From the NCBI RefSeq assembly GCF_902713615.1, contig NW_024055744.1, positions 408,593 through 472,592 of the forward strand: a DNA stretch of 64,000 bases. Direction: 5' to 3'. Made by a program: the position numbers and the translations under genes. Each line of letters starts with the position of its first letter. Positions within the stretch are counted from its first letter, which is position 1. Shown here piece by piece: positions 50,406 to 61,617 of the stretch. The notes under the pieces were generated by a model. It was not told the origin of the DNA. It made no database searches and saw only the letters and a list, made by a program, of their open reading frames with translations. Source of the DNA: Scyliorhinus canicula (taxonomy: Eukaryota).

Positions 50406-50812
50406 TGACTTGTTTACGCTGTAGATTCTTAGCTTTAAGAGATATTAATATTGCGAAGTGATCAGTCAGACTATTAACATTATTAGGGCTTTTCTCGCCT
50501 GGGTCCATCAGTCTGATACATGATGATATTGTAAACCAATAATGATGTGTGTATTTTCCACGGGTTCATTGTGATTCGGCGATTTAAGCAGTTCCCCAGG
50601 CCACCGGCTGGTTTTTGTTCACTGATATACCGAAATAAACGCCAGCCAATTCTGCCCTCCCAGTGTTACTGCATTAATTGGGCGGAATCTATATTCGATG
50701 TGAACTATATTAAATGTTGTTTCTGTGGATTGTGCTCGCGGACTCCGCGCACAGTAAAGGATTCACATCTCAGCCCCAAACAGACAGCAGCTGTGACCCA
50801 GAAAGCAGCGGC

Positions 50813-50851
50813 AGTTTTTGTACGAGGATCTCACTCGCTGCCATCACTGCG
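50813..50851 (-). promoter_or_regulatory. Defective 23-RSS of the minus-strand TCR V
   Basis: Minus strand CGCAGTG - 23 nt - ACAAAAACT; the normally invariant CAC is changed to CGC. Confidence 0.85.
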
Positions 50852-51155
50852 ATACTCTGTGCGCAATAATAGACCGCGATGTCAGACATCCGCAGCTCCG
50901 AGATGGCCAATCGGTACAACTTCTCTGATTGTTGGAGGGTAACTGAAAACCGTTCCTGAGCGAAATCCGCTTTCGCTGGATCACCTCCGCTCTTGTACAT
51001 CTGGACAGCAAACTCTGGCTCTCTCTCTGGGTACTGACGGTACGTGAATAAATAATAAGCATCATCGGTATACGTGCAGGTTAAAGGGACATCTTTTCCC
51101 TCTGTCTGTGTGAGTGAGGACTCCCGCTGAGTAACAGAGTCTCCATCGCTCAGAC
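50852..51155 (-). pseudogene. TCR alpha/delta-type V exon, open frame but probably non-functional
   Basis: Acceptor gtgttgcag|GT. GLSDG-DSVTQRESSLTQTEGKDVPLTCTYTDDAYYLFTYRQYPEREPEFAVQMYKSGGDPAKADFAQERFSVTLQQSEKLYRLAISELRMSDIAVYYCAQS. Both Cys kept, conserved Trp41 is Thr (LFTYRQ), RSS heptamer mutated, no convincing leader exon found. Confidence 0.85.
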
Positions 51156-52320
51156 CTGCAACACACGATTATAGAAAGTATTAGTCATCGATTAAACGTT
51201 ACACTAAACTCAACTGACCGTCAAAATTTGCAATCAGATTTACATAAAAATAAGTAGAAGTGGGAATGTAAGATAGTAATTCGACCTCACTGGCTATGTT
51301 AGCGTTAACCACCCCCTCCCTCTCCATCTCACTCTATCAACAAATTAACCCATTATTTTATTCATCTTCTGTTTCTCTACATTGCTCCAATGCATCAATA
51401 CCATTTTCCTCAACGGCTCCATGTGGTAGTGAATTCCACGTTCAAACCGCTCTTTGTGTGACGAGGTTTCTGCTGAATTCCCCATTAGATATTTTAATGA
51501 CGTTTGTTGTAACTCACAGTTTTGGAATTCTCCATAAGGGCAAACATCTTCTTGTATTTCCCATCGAACTCCGTCATGACAACGAGTTCTATTACAATAC
51601 CCTTCGGAACACCGTTTAATGGAGAACAGTACCCGAGTTGTAGTGTTATATGACAATATGCCGCACTTATGAAATTATATTCTGTGTGGTATTCTGTGCC
51701 CTATATTCATCTTGTAAAATACATCCAAGAAACGCTTAATGCAAACCAAGGCCGAATCCAGGTACAAGTTTAATATGAATTCCCTGACTTTCCAATGTAT
51801 CCCTCCTGAATTTAAACATTTGTAAAGTTTCAAACTTCTTACCAGCAATGACTATCACCCAGTCCAGAGCGAGAGTGGGGAACCGCATCGCTGCTTCTCG
51901 GAAAATGCAGGGACTTTTTTGTATCCCACAGAGCAGCAGAATATCTAACAAGAACAGGCCATTGGTTGAGGGTGTTCTGATGTCACTTTCTTCACAACAT
52001 TGCATAGGCTGAGCTGAGACCGCTGGGTCTGATTGGTCTGATGTCAATCTCCAACCACAACGCTGTTCGCTGCAGGCCAAGGAGACATTAACCTGACATT
52101 GTGCAGATTAGAGAGAATGAGGAGACCATGTAAACAATTTGATCCTTGATCGATCGAGCGACGCATTGATCGCTACTTGATCTGAGAGGCGATTCATAAT
52201 TGGTCCGAGTGATCGTTTGCTATGTAATTGATCTGAAATAGCTCGTCTCGAATTAATAAATATTGAATGCAGATAGAAATGTTCAGTTTATTTCATCCGC
52301 TATCGTTAATAAGAATACAG

Positions 52321-52488
52321 CAAGAAGTCTTACAACACCAGGTTAAAGTCCAACAGGTTTGTTTCGAATCACTACCTATCGGAGCATTGCTCCTTCCTCA
52401 GATTCAACTGAGGAAGGAGCAGTGCTCTGAAAGCTAGCGATCAGAAACAAACCTGTTGGAGTTTAACCTGGTTTTGTAAGACTTCTTG
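52321..52488. repeat. Imperfect palindrome: two head-to-head Penelope terminal repeats (81-bp arms, 6-nt spacer)
   Basis: Arms 52,321-52,401 and 52,408-52,488; each contains a hammerhead-like motif. Confidence 0.85.
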
Positions 52489-53639
52489 TTGTGTTCACCT
52501 CAGTCCAACGCCGGCAACCCCACATCATAGCCACCATCGACACGGTTCATAAGAGTGGACTTGTTGATGGTGGGACTGGGGAGGGAGGCGGTATAGCATT
52601 GAAAAGGCACTGAGGTTTCAGCAGCTCAGCGGGAATTTCCTGTCAATTTACATATCTCTAAAGAACAACTGGGGATCATGCTCACTATCAAGTGATCAGA
52701 GAGCGCCCTCCGCTGTACAGCACAAACCTCACGGATAACATTGGAAATCCGCACAGACACTCAGCAAATGAACACACAGGGACACACACGCCTTCACAGA
52801 CAGGTAGACACAGTCGATGGCCATGCCGAATTTTTTTTAAACTGGTCAAATGACCGAAACTGTGAGAGAACAATTTACCTTGCATTGCCACTGGAGGCTC
52901 AGTCATCATGTTTCTGTGTTCATTGCACAGAATAATTTAAAGTCATAAGGTATTGATGGATGTGGATGCAGTTTAGATTGTCCTTTCAGAAAGCCCCACC
53001 GGATGCAATTGGTCTCAGTTGTTCAGTCGGAAATTGCAGTTTATTTTGATTCTCTCACGTTTTGCGAAGATTGGTCCAACAATCCTTCAATTTCTGTGTG
53101 ACCAAGGATTAGTTGATGAAGTCCTAACAGATTATTTTTAGATTTTCCTTTCAACCAAAACCGTTAAAACTGAATAACGAAGCTTTTGGATCGCCTGTGC
53201 AGTACCCCGATGCATGACGGTCCTCAGCAACGAAGACAGTGTCTCTGTTATTGGTTGACTACAGCTCCGTACGTTTCAGCCAAGACCGTCTCTAATTTAT
53301 GCCCTTGTTGGTCAATGTTAAAAAATCCTTTGTTGTTATTAACGTCCTGTCTGCATTCTCTGTCCAGATGGATCATGGCTTCAGGGAGATTCACAATATT
53401 CTAGACCACATTACTGAAGTGACACTTAGGAAGGTTCAAACGTTGGGAAGTTCACTTACAGAGGGACAATAAACACCGAAAGTGCCAGGCAAGCTGTGCT
53501 TCTGTTTCTTGTTAATTAGGCATCACTTTTCTTGTTTTATTATAAGCCATGTCCATAATATCTACAAACGTTTTAGGGTGAAATGGTTGTTGCAAATTTA
53601 CGCTCGACAGCAAAATAAATGAACTAATGAAACATTCCA

Positions 53640-54635
53640 GCGTCTGGGAATCTGTGATGGTGACAACATTGAAGATCTGGAGGCTGTTGAGGCAGAACTT
53701 TAAGTTGGCGGCTGGGTCAGGGGGATGCCGATTCGGGGGAATCATAGATTCGAGCAGGGGAGGCTGGATAGGTGGTTTCGGAAATGGAAGGAGAGGGGAA
53801 TTAAAGTCTGAAAAGATCTGTTCCCGGGAGGAAGTTTTGAGAAGTTAAGGCGGAAGATCGGATTGGCACAAGAGGAAAAGTTTAGGTATCTGCAAGTGCG
53901 AGACTTTGTAAGTAAGGAGTTTCCGAGCATCCCGATAGCGCCAGCACCCTCGCTTTTGGTGGACAGGGTGGGAGAAGGGGGTTGTGTTGGCGATTTATGG
54001 GAAGATTTTGGAGGAAGGTAGGGTGTCCATGGAAGGAATTAAATCCAAATGGGAAGAAGAGTTGGGGGAGGTAATGGAAGAAGGTCTGTAGTGTGAGGGT
54101 GAATGCCCCAACCTCCTGAGAGAGGTTGGTGCTGATACAATTGAAAGTCTTGTAAAGTCTCACCTCACAAAGATAAGGATGAGTCGATTCTTTGAAGGGG
54201 AGACGATGTTTGCGTGCGCTATGGGATGGGCCCCGCAAAGCATGTACATGTTTTTGGATCCTGCCCAACCTGGAGACGTATTGGAGGGACATCTTTTGAC
54301 ATCATGTCGGGTGTGTTGTATGTGGATTTGGAGCCGGGTCCCCTAGTGGCCATTTTCGGGATGTTGAACCGGCCCGAGCTTCAGGTGGGTGTGGGGGCAG
54401 ACGTTTCCGTCTTCGCCTCGCTGACTGCTCGGAGGTGGGTCCTGCTGGGGCGGCGGTCGGCTTCTCCACTCTGTGCCTCGGCGTGGCGGGGGGTCAGATA
54501 GGAATTCCTGATCCTGGCGAAGGTGACATTTGAGCTAAGAGATGCTAAGAGGCCTCCAATTAATGTGGTTTATTTATCATGCACTTTCGGGAACTTGTTG
54601 TCCAACGCTGTGTGTGTGTCTGTTTGTGGGGGGAA

Positions 54636-54669
<34 letters not shown>

Positions 54670-54826
54670 GGTTCCTTATTTCTGTTTTTTAACTTATTGT
54701 TTTGGAATTTGAGAGTCGATGTTTCAGAATGTATATTGACGGGGCCGTTTTTGCGGTTGTTTGTTTGTTTTGTTGTTTGTATGATTGAAATTATGAAAAT
54801 GTGGTGAATAAAAGGGTTTAAAAAAA
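53640..54826 (+). mobile_element. L1/Tx1-type LINE 3' end
   Basis: KFRYLQVRDFV, GPAKHVHVFGSCP and LEPGPLVAIFG remnants, a G-run 3' UTR, AATAAA and A tail at 54,807-54,826. Confidence 0.7.
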
Positions 54827-56572
54827 GCAATGCCATTCAGTAATATTCCCGAATAAATCGAGAATCGCTCTTTCACACGTGGATGTGCACCAGATCTCAT
54901 CTTGCTCGAAGACCTGCCTTTGTCCCAAACTTGATGAGCCGCCAATTCACCGCGGAGGGAGCTGACGGCTGAGTGTTTCTTGCCCCCGTTACTCTTCACT
55001 GCAAACAATTATTTTTTTTAGGGCCTATATCTGAATTCCGGGTTCTCTCGCACAAAATGAGGTTTTCTGGTGAAGTGGTAGCGACCGAACTTCTGGCTCA
55101 GAAACTCAGAGTTCAAGTCCTACCTCAGGACATGGTGGCCACAGAAGGCATGTTTCAAACAAGTTGATACCAACCTATTAATCCTTCCAATATGCCTGAT
55201 GACAGGTGATAAGTGCGGGAGAGATTCGTTATCAGCCATAGTGCTGAACAGAACGGCAAACCACTGCAGCACTTTGTCAAGCGTGATCATGGCCAAATGA
55301 GTGAAGTTTATGATCACTAACACCCCTAGGGAGTGACCTCAATAAAGCATTGCATTCCAATATCACTGGGAACTCAGAATAACAAGGTGAGCATAATGTT
55401 TCGAAACAATATATTTCCTCGATGTATTATTGAGTGAAAGGGCGAATTCTCTCTTTACGACCTCGTGCAGAGGATCGAAATTGGAATTGTGAGAAAGGAG
55501 AAATCAAAGAAAGGGACATATAACGAGTGCGAATACACAGCCCAAAGGTCCGAAAATGAGACAAAGAATATATTCCGGAATTACGGAGAACGCATTTTCC
55601 TTTCGCTTCATTGATATTTCTCTTGATCTATTTCTGTAGTCGAATTGTGCGAAACAGTGCTCTCAATAAAAAGTCGTGGGAAACTGCGCATTGACGAACT
55701 TACAATTAATTGATGTTGCGGACACAATAAAATGCCCTGGGTCACCGGTAGATGGTGCAGTTGTTACATGTTTTTGCTATTGCCAACTGGAAATGATCGA
55801 GGCAATCATTGTGGCACCGTTGCTATTGGCAGCGGCTGTGGTGCGGGGTTGGTGTGGGGAGGATTTGTGTTCCTGCTCCAACTGAAATTCCCCGAACTGC
55901 ATGGTTACAGACTCTGGGTGAATGAAGCTGAAACATTGCATCACTTATCGGATAACGTTCCCTTCCCATTCAAAAATTCCCTGGTCCTCCTGACTGCTGG
56001 ACCTTAGATATTACCGTTGGTCAAATGATAATAACCTAATTTTTTCGATTAAATTTCCACCAGCAGGGCAAGTGGTGAAAATTTAATCCAATAAATATCT
56101 GGAATTAAAGTCTACTGATGACCATCAAACCATTGACGATTGTCGTAAATAAAAAAACAGCTTGTTGATTTATGTCCTTTAGGGAAGGAAATTTGCCGTT
56201 ATTTCCTGGTCTGGCCTACATGTGCCTCCAGTCCAACAGCAACATGGTTGACTCTTAGCTGCCTTGTCAAACGGCCTAGCAAGCCACTCAGTTGTAGCAA
56301 ACCGCTACAAAGTCAATACAAAATGGAAAGAAACCAGACGGACTACCCGGCATCGTCCCAGGCACAACGGCAAACTGAGCCCTGTCTACCCTGCAAAGTC
56401 CTCCAAAATTAGTCATGCGGACAGAATCATACCTTATAGATAATGTCCCAGTCACAACCATCAACATCATGGGGTATGTCCTGTGTCACTGGCAAGACAA
56501 AGCCAGCAGAGATAGCGACACAGTAGTATACAGTCAGGAGGGAGATGCTCTGGGAGTCCTCAATATTGACTC

Positions 56573-56799
56573 GGCAGGACAGCATGGTGGTGCAGGGTTA
56601 GCACTGCTGCCTCACGGCGACGAGATTCCAGGTTCGATCCCAGCTCTGGGTCACTGTCCGTGTGGAGTTTGCACATTCTCCCTTTGTGTGTGTGGGTTTC
56701 GCCCCCACAACCCAAAGATGTGTAGGGTGGGTGGATTAGCCACGGTAATTGTCCCTTAATTGGAAAAAAATGAATTGGGCACTCTAAAAAAAATTTTTA
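56573..56799 (+). mobile_element. V-SINE nested in the LINE, with 11-bp TSD
   Basis: AATATTGACTC at 56,562-56,572 and 56,800-56,810. Confidence 0.85.
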
Positions 56800-56996
56800 A
56801 ATATTGACTCTGGACCGCATTCAATCTCATGGTCAAACATGGTCACGGATATATCCTGCTGATTATGTCCATTACCAAGAGTGGCTGGGTAACATCATTA
56901 CTGACCGAGCTGGCTGGGTACTCATGGACATAACTGCTAAACTGGGTCTGTGACAGGTAGCGAGGAAACCAGAAATAAGGAAACACATACTAGTCC

Positions 56997-57430
56997 TGTT
57001 GCCTGGTATGGAGGGAAGATCATATGAGGAAAGGCTGAAGGACTTGAGGCTGTTTTCGTTAGAGAGAAGAAGGTTAAGAGAGGACTTAATTGAGGCATAC
57101 AAGATGATCAGAGGATTAAATAGGGTGGACATCGAGAGCCTTTTTCCTCGGATGGTGATGTCCAGCACGAGGGGACACAGCTTTAAATTGAGGGGAGATA
57201 GATATAGGACAGATGTCAAAGGTAGGTTCTTTACTCAGAGAGTAGTAAAGGCGTGGAATGCCCTGCCTGCAACAGTAGTGGACTCGCCAACACTAAACGC
57301 ATTCAAATGGTCATTGGATAGGCATATGGACGATAAGGGAATAGTGTAGATGGACGTTAGAAAGGTATCACAGGACGGTGCAACATCGTGGGCCGAAGGG
57401 CCTGTACTGCGCTGTAATGTTCTATGTTCT
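56997..57430 (+). mobile_element. CR1 3' end nested in the LINE
   Basis: ORF MPGMEGRSYEERLKDLRLFSLERRRLREDLIEAYK...RFFTQRVVKAWNALP, ending in (TTCTATG) repeats. Confidence 0.9.
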
Positions 57431-60400
57431 ATGTTCATCCTCACCAAAGTGCTGCAGCGGATGCATTTGGCTATGACAGTATTGGCATGAATGACCAGCG
57501 CACAGTCCTTGTGGAGATGAGGTCTGGGATTCAAATTGAGGATACCGTCCACCATGTTGTTTGGTAATACCATCGAGTCAAATGAGATAGATTCATAACC
57601 GATCTAGCAACTCAAGACATGGCACCATGAGGCGTTGTGGTCCATCATCAGCAGCAGAATTGTACTCAGCCATAATCTGTAACCTCTCAGGACCAGCCAT
57701 AACCCCCACTCTACCATTATCACCAAACTAGGGGATCAATCCTGGTTCAATGACGGGTGCAAGAGGAAATGCCAGAAAGGTGAGATGTCAACCGGGTGAA
57801 GCTACAGCACGGGACTATTTGCATGCCAAACAACATAAACAACAAGTGGTGGGATGAGCTAAGCAATCCCAAAGCCAACGGATCAGATCTCAGCTCCACA
57901 GTCCTGCCACATCCAGCCGTGAATGGTGGTGGACAACTAAACAACTCACTGCTGGAGAAGGCTCCACAAACATCGCCATCCTCAATGGTGAAGGAACCCA
58001 GCACATTTGTGAAAAAGACAATAATCTTTAACCAGAAGTGCTGATTGGATGATCCATCTCGATCTCCTGCAAAGGTCCAAGCATCCCAGATTTCAGTCTT
58101 CAGCCAATAGGATTCACTCCACGTGTAGCAAGAGCAGGCTGACAGCACTGATAGTGCAACGGCTATGGGCCCTGACAATATTCCGGCAAAGTACTGAAGA
58201 CTTCTAATCGAGAACTTACCACACGCCTGACCAAGCTGTTCCGGTGCAGCTGCAATACTGGCATCTCCCTGGCAATGTGGAAAATTGTCGAATTAGCTCC
58301 CTTTCACAAAAAAGGACAGATCCTACATAACAAATTACCCGCCCAATGAGTCCACTTTCAATTATCAGGAACGTGTTATAAGGGGTCCTCAACTCTTCTA
58401 TAAAGCGGCACATATTTAGCAATAGCGTGCTCACTGACACCAGTTTGGGTTCGGCCAGGGCCACTCAGCTCCAGACCTACAGCCTTGCTTTAAACATGGA
58501 AAAACGAGAACTTCGGAGGTGAGGTGAGAGTGACTGCCCTTGACATCAAAGCAGCATGTGATCGGGTATGGCGTCATGGAGCCCTAGCCAAACTGAAGTC
58601 CATGGTGGGCGTGGGGGGGGGGGGGGGGGGGGGAGAGGCATCCACTGGCCGGAGTAATACCTAGCACAAAGGAAGACTATTGATGATTGTGTTTGTTGGA
58701 GGTCAGTCATCTCAGCTCCAGGGCATCACTGCAGGAGTAACTCAGGGTTGTGTCCCAGGCCCAACTATCTTCAGCTGCTTCATCAGTGACCTCCTGTCCA
58801 ACATACGATCAGATGTGGGGAAGTTCGCTGATGATTGCACAATGTTCAGCATCATTCCTGAATCCTCAGACACTGAAACAGTGCGCGTGCAAAAGCAGCA
58901 AGACCCAGACATCCACGATAAGGCTAACACGTGGCAAGTAATATTCAAGCGCCACAAAATTTCCAGGCAATTACCATTTCAAATAAGAGAGATTCAAATC
59001 GCTCCCCGTTGCGATTCAATAACATTGCCATCACTAAATCCCCACTATCAAAATCCTAGGCGTTACCATTGACTGGAAACTGAACCGGACTAGCCATCTA
59101 AATACTGTGGCTACAGGAGCAGGGCAGAGGCGCGGAAAACTGGGGCGAGTAACTCACCTTCTGACTCCCCAAAGCCTGTCCAACATCTACTGAGCACAAC
59201 TGAGGAGTGTGATAGAGTACTTCCACCTGCCTGGATTTGTGCAGCTCCAACAACACTCAAGACGTGCGCAACACTATCCAGGGCAAAACAGCCGCTTGAT
59301 TGGCAGGCCCTTTACAAACATTCACTCCCTCCACTACTGATGCACAGTAGCAGCAATGTGTACCAACTGCACGATGCACTTCAGGAACTTACCAAGTCTC
59401 TTTTGGCAACACCTTCCAAACTCACGACCACTGCAATCTGGAAGGACAAGAGCACCAGATATCTGGGAAGCCCCCCCCCCCCCCCCCACTTAGACGTTCC
59501 CCTCCAAGTCACCCGCTATCCTGATTTGCAAATCTATTGCTGTTCCTTCACTGTCGCTGGGTCAAAATCCTGGAACTCTCTCCCCAATACCACAGTGGGC
59601 GTGACTACATCGCATTGACTGCAGTGGTTAAAGAAGGCAGCTCATTGCCACCTTGCCAAGGGCAATTAGGCAGGGGCAACAAATGCTCCCCTAGCTGGCG
59701 AATCCCACATTCCATAAAAGATATTTTTAAAAAGCCATACCTTTGGTTTGGAGTAACACACAGCCTCGGCAGGTATGGCAGGCAGATTTCCTCCCATAAA
59801 GTACACGGACGAACCAGGTAGATTTCCACCGACAGTTTCCGGGTGCCATTAATTACACTAGCTTTTCATATTAATTGAATTTACATTTATCTCGCTCCCA
59901 TGGCAGGATTTGCAACTCTTTCCCCAAGCCGTTAATATGGATCCCTGAATTACTTTTCCAGTGATATTATCACTACACCACCACCACCCCATGGGGTGAT
60001 GAATGTGAAGAGGGTGTTATTGATGCTTGCTTTCCCGTCTATGTTGCGTTCGAAATAACTACAAACGAAAACTGTAACTATTTATTCCTGAATGGTCCTT
60101 TGAAGAAGTCAGCAATGTCAAAATTAACTGCACAATGAAAACATTATATCCTGATGTGTTCTTGTGTTATGCCATCATTTAGGGCAGTACCCGCAGTACA
60201 TGTCTATATTATTTCAGGAATAATAAACAGGAAACTAGACTTCACATTTCCGCCTGATCCCTATGACACATTGACACCCATTATAATTCAAAGACCTGTA
60301 GAACTCCGCCAAAATTATTCAATGACCCGGCCTCCAGTGTTCTCTGGGAAAGAGAATCCCAAAGTTTAATGTCCCTCTGAGAAAACGAATTCCTTCCATC

Positions 60401-60617
60401 TCCAGCATTATTGTGAGACTCCATATTGTAAGCTGCATCTCCTGTTTATAGATTCCCCGCAAAAGGGAAACATCCTTCCAGCATCTAGAACATAGAACAG
60501 TACAGGCCCATCGGCCCTCGATGTTGTGCCGAGCAATGATCACCCTACTCAAACCCACGTATCCACCCTATACCCGTAACCCAACAGCCCATTCAGTGAC
60601 AGCCAGTTCAGCATCAA

Positions 60618-60679
60618 CCAATCACACGGTGCCACTGGCGAAATACGGAACTGACGTCTGAGCATTCTGAAATACGTCA
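60618..60679 (+). promoter_or_regulatory. Putative TCR V promoter elements (CCAAT, two CRE-like sites)
   Basis: CCAAT at 60,618-60,622, TGACGTCT at 60,652-60,659 and TACGTCA at 60,673-60,679, about 80-140 nt upstream of the leader ATG. CRE-like elements are established in TCR V promoters. Confidence 0.5.
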
Positions 60680-60755
60680 TCAGATTATTGAGGGTGGGGA
60701 TGAGGACGGACGGTTTCAGATATCCGATTCCCCTTTTACAGAGCGGTCAGCGGCA

Positions 60756-60801
60756 ATGCGGCTCCTCAGCATCTGGGTTGTGTGGGGAGCATTTCTAACA
60801 G
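60756..60801 (+). CDS. TCR V leader exon (MRLLSIWVVWGAFLT)
   Basis: ATG at 60,756, 46 nt, donor G|GTATTT, 106-nt intron, in frame with the V exon. Confidence 0.9.
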
Positions 60802-60907
60802 GTATTTGTGGACACATCATATTTTCTTTCATTTCTAAAACATGGGTCGGATCTGAATTTTGAGCACATGTCCGTCTGATCTTTAATTGTTTGAACATGT
60901 TTTGCAG

Positions 60908-61214
60908 ATCAGAGTCATGGAGATTCTGTCTCTCAGCCGCTGTCCTCAGATGTTCAGACAGAAGGAAAAGCGGTGACTTTGAACTGTACCTATGATACTG
61001 CAGAAAACAGCTATAATTTATTCTGGTACCGCCAACACCCAGACTCACAGCTCGAGTTTTTACTCAGGAAGCACTCGGGGGGTTATGAAGATAAAGCAGA
61101 CTTTGCTAAAGTCCGTTTCTCAACTGACCTCCAGACCTCGAAGAAATTCCTCAGTTTGACTATCGCGGATCTGCAGCTGAGTGATGCTGCCGTGTATTAC
61201 TGCGCTTTCAGCCT
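60908..61214 (+). CDS. TCR alpha/delta-type V exon (TRAV/TRDV-like), intact
   Basis: Acceptor gttttgcag|AT. DQSHG-DSVSQPLSSDVQTEGKAVTLNCTYDTAENSYNLFWYRQHPDSQLEFLLRKHSGGYEDKADFAKVRFSTDLQTSKKFLSLTIADLQLSDAAVYYCAFS. The CTYDT...LFWYRQ signature is typical of TRAV/DV rather than VH. Confidence 0.93.
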
Positions 61215-61253
61215 CACAGTGATGCAAAGCAGCCTCACCCCTGTACAAAAACT
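61215..61253 (+). promoter_or_regulatory. Canonical 23-RSS of the intact TCR V
   Basis: CACAGTG - 23 nt - ACAAAAACT. Confidence 0.95.
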
Positions 61254-61617
61254 GTTTTTACATTGTAAGTGAGAGCTCCTCTCTGTGTGTAGAATCTAGA
61301 GCAGACGCAGCCACACTTATCACCGCCGCTGTCAGGCGCTCAAACTCAAATCGATGGCAGAACCCACATTAACCTCGAATCAAACTGTCACAAACATGTT
61401 TCCAGCAGAGGCCGACAAAACAAACTACAGAATAGAATTAGGCGGAGAGATCCGTCACATAATCAATGAGACAGTTGAACTGTTCTACCTACTGATCAAC
61501 TCAGACTTCTTTTAAAATCAGGGCTGTATTTTACGATTTTCCCGAGAAAGTGGTTGTTCACACGGAATATCCCTCAAATGTGGGCCACAAGCGTCAGACA
61601 TATAACAAAAGGACGTT

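Larger units (their letters stand above)
56300..59720 (+). mobile_element. Long degenerate L2/CR1-group LINE (ORF2 remnant including RT) carrying nested insertions
   Basis: GVTQGCVPGPTIFSCFISDL and KFADDCTMFS at 58,730-58,850, plus upstream ORF2 remnants. Interrupted by a SINE and a CR1 3' end. Confidence 0.8.

Noticed and set aside
45761-50618. Isolated RSS-like pieces (CACGGTG at 45,761; GGTTTTTGT at 50,610; ACAAAAATA at 48,108)
   Set aside because: No partner heptamer or nonamer at 12 or 23 bp spacing and no adjacent V, D or J coding sequence.
50852-51155. Leaderless V as a NAR-TCR supporting Vdelta
   Set aside because: Supporting Vdelta genes lack leaders, but this one has no extra CDR1 cysteine, I found no NAR-type V-D-J upstream (51.2-60.7 kb), and its RSS and Trp41 are damaged.
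51240-51327. Possible leader exons for the minus-strand TCR V
   Set aside because: An in-frame ATG exon (MEREGVVNANIA|GTGAGG) is not hydrophobic. A more hydrophobic stretch (ITILHSHFYLFL|GTAAAT) has no ATG and an upstream stop.
54638-54667. Long G/C homopolymer runs (also ~20-33, 39,465, 50,280, 58,612, 59,472, 62,920)
   Set aside because: Mostly within retroelement sequence and prone to sequencing length error; no independent sign of function.
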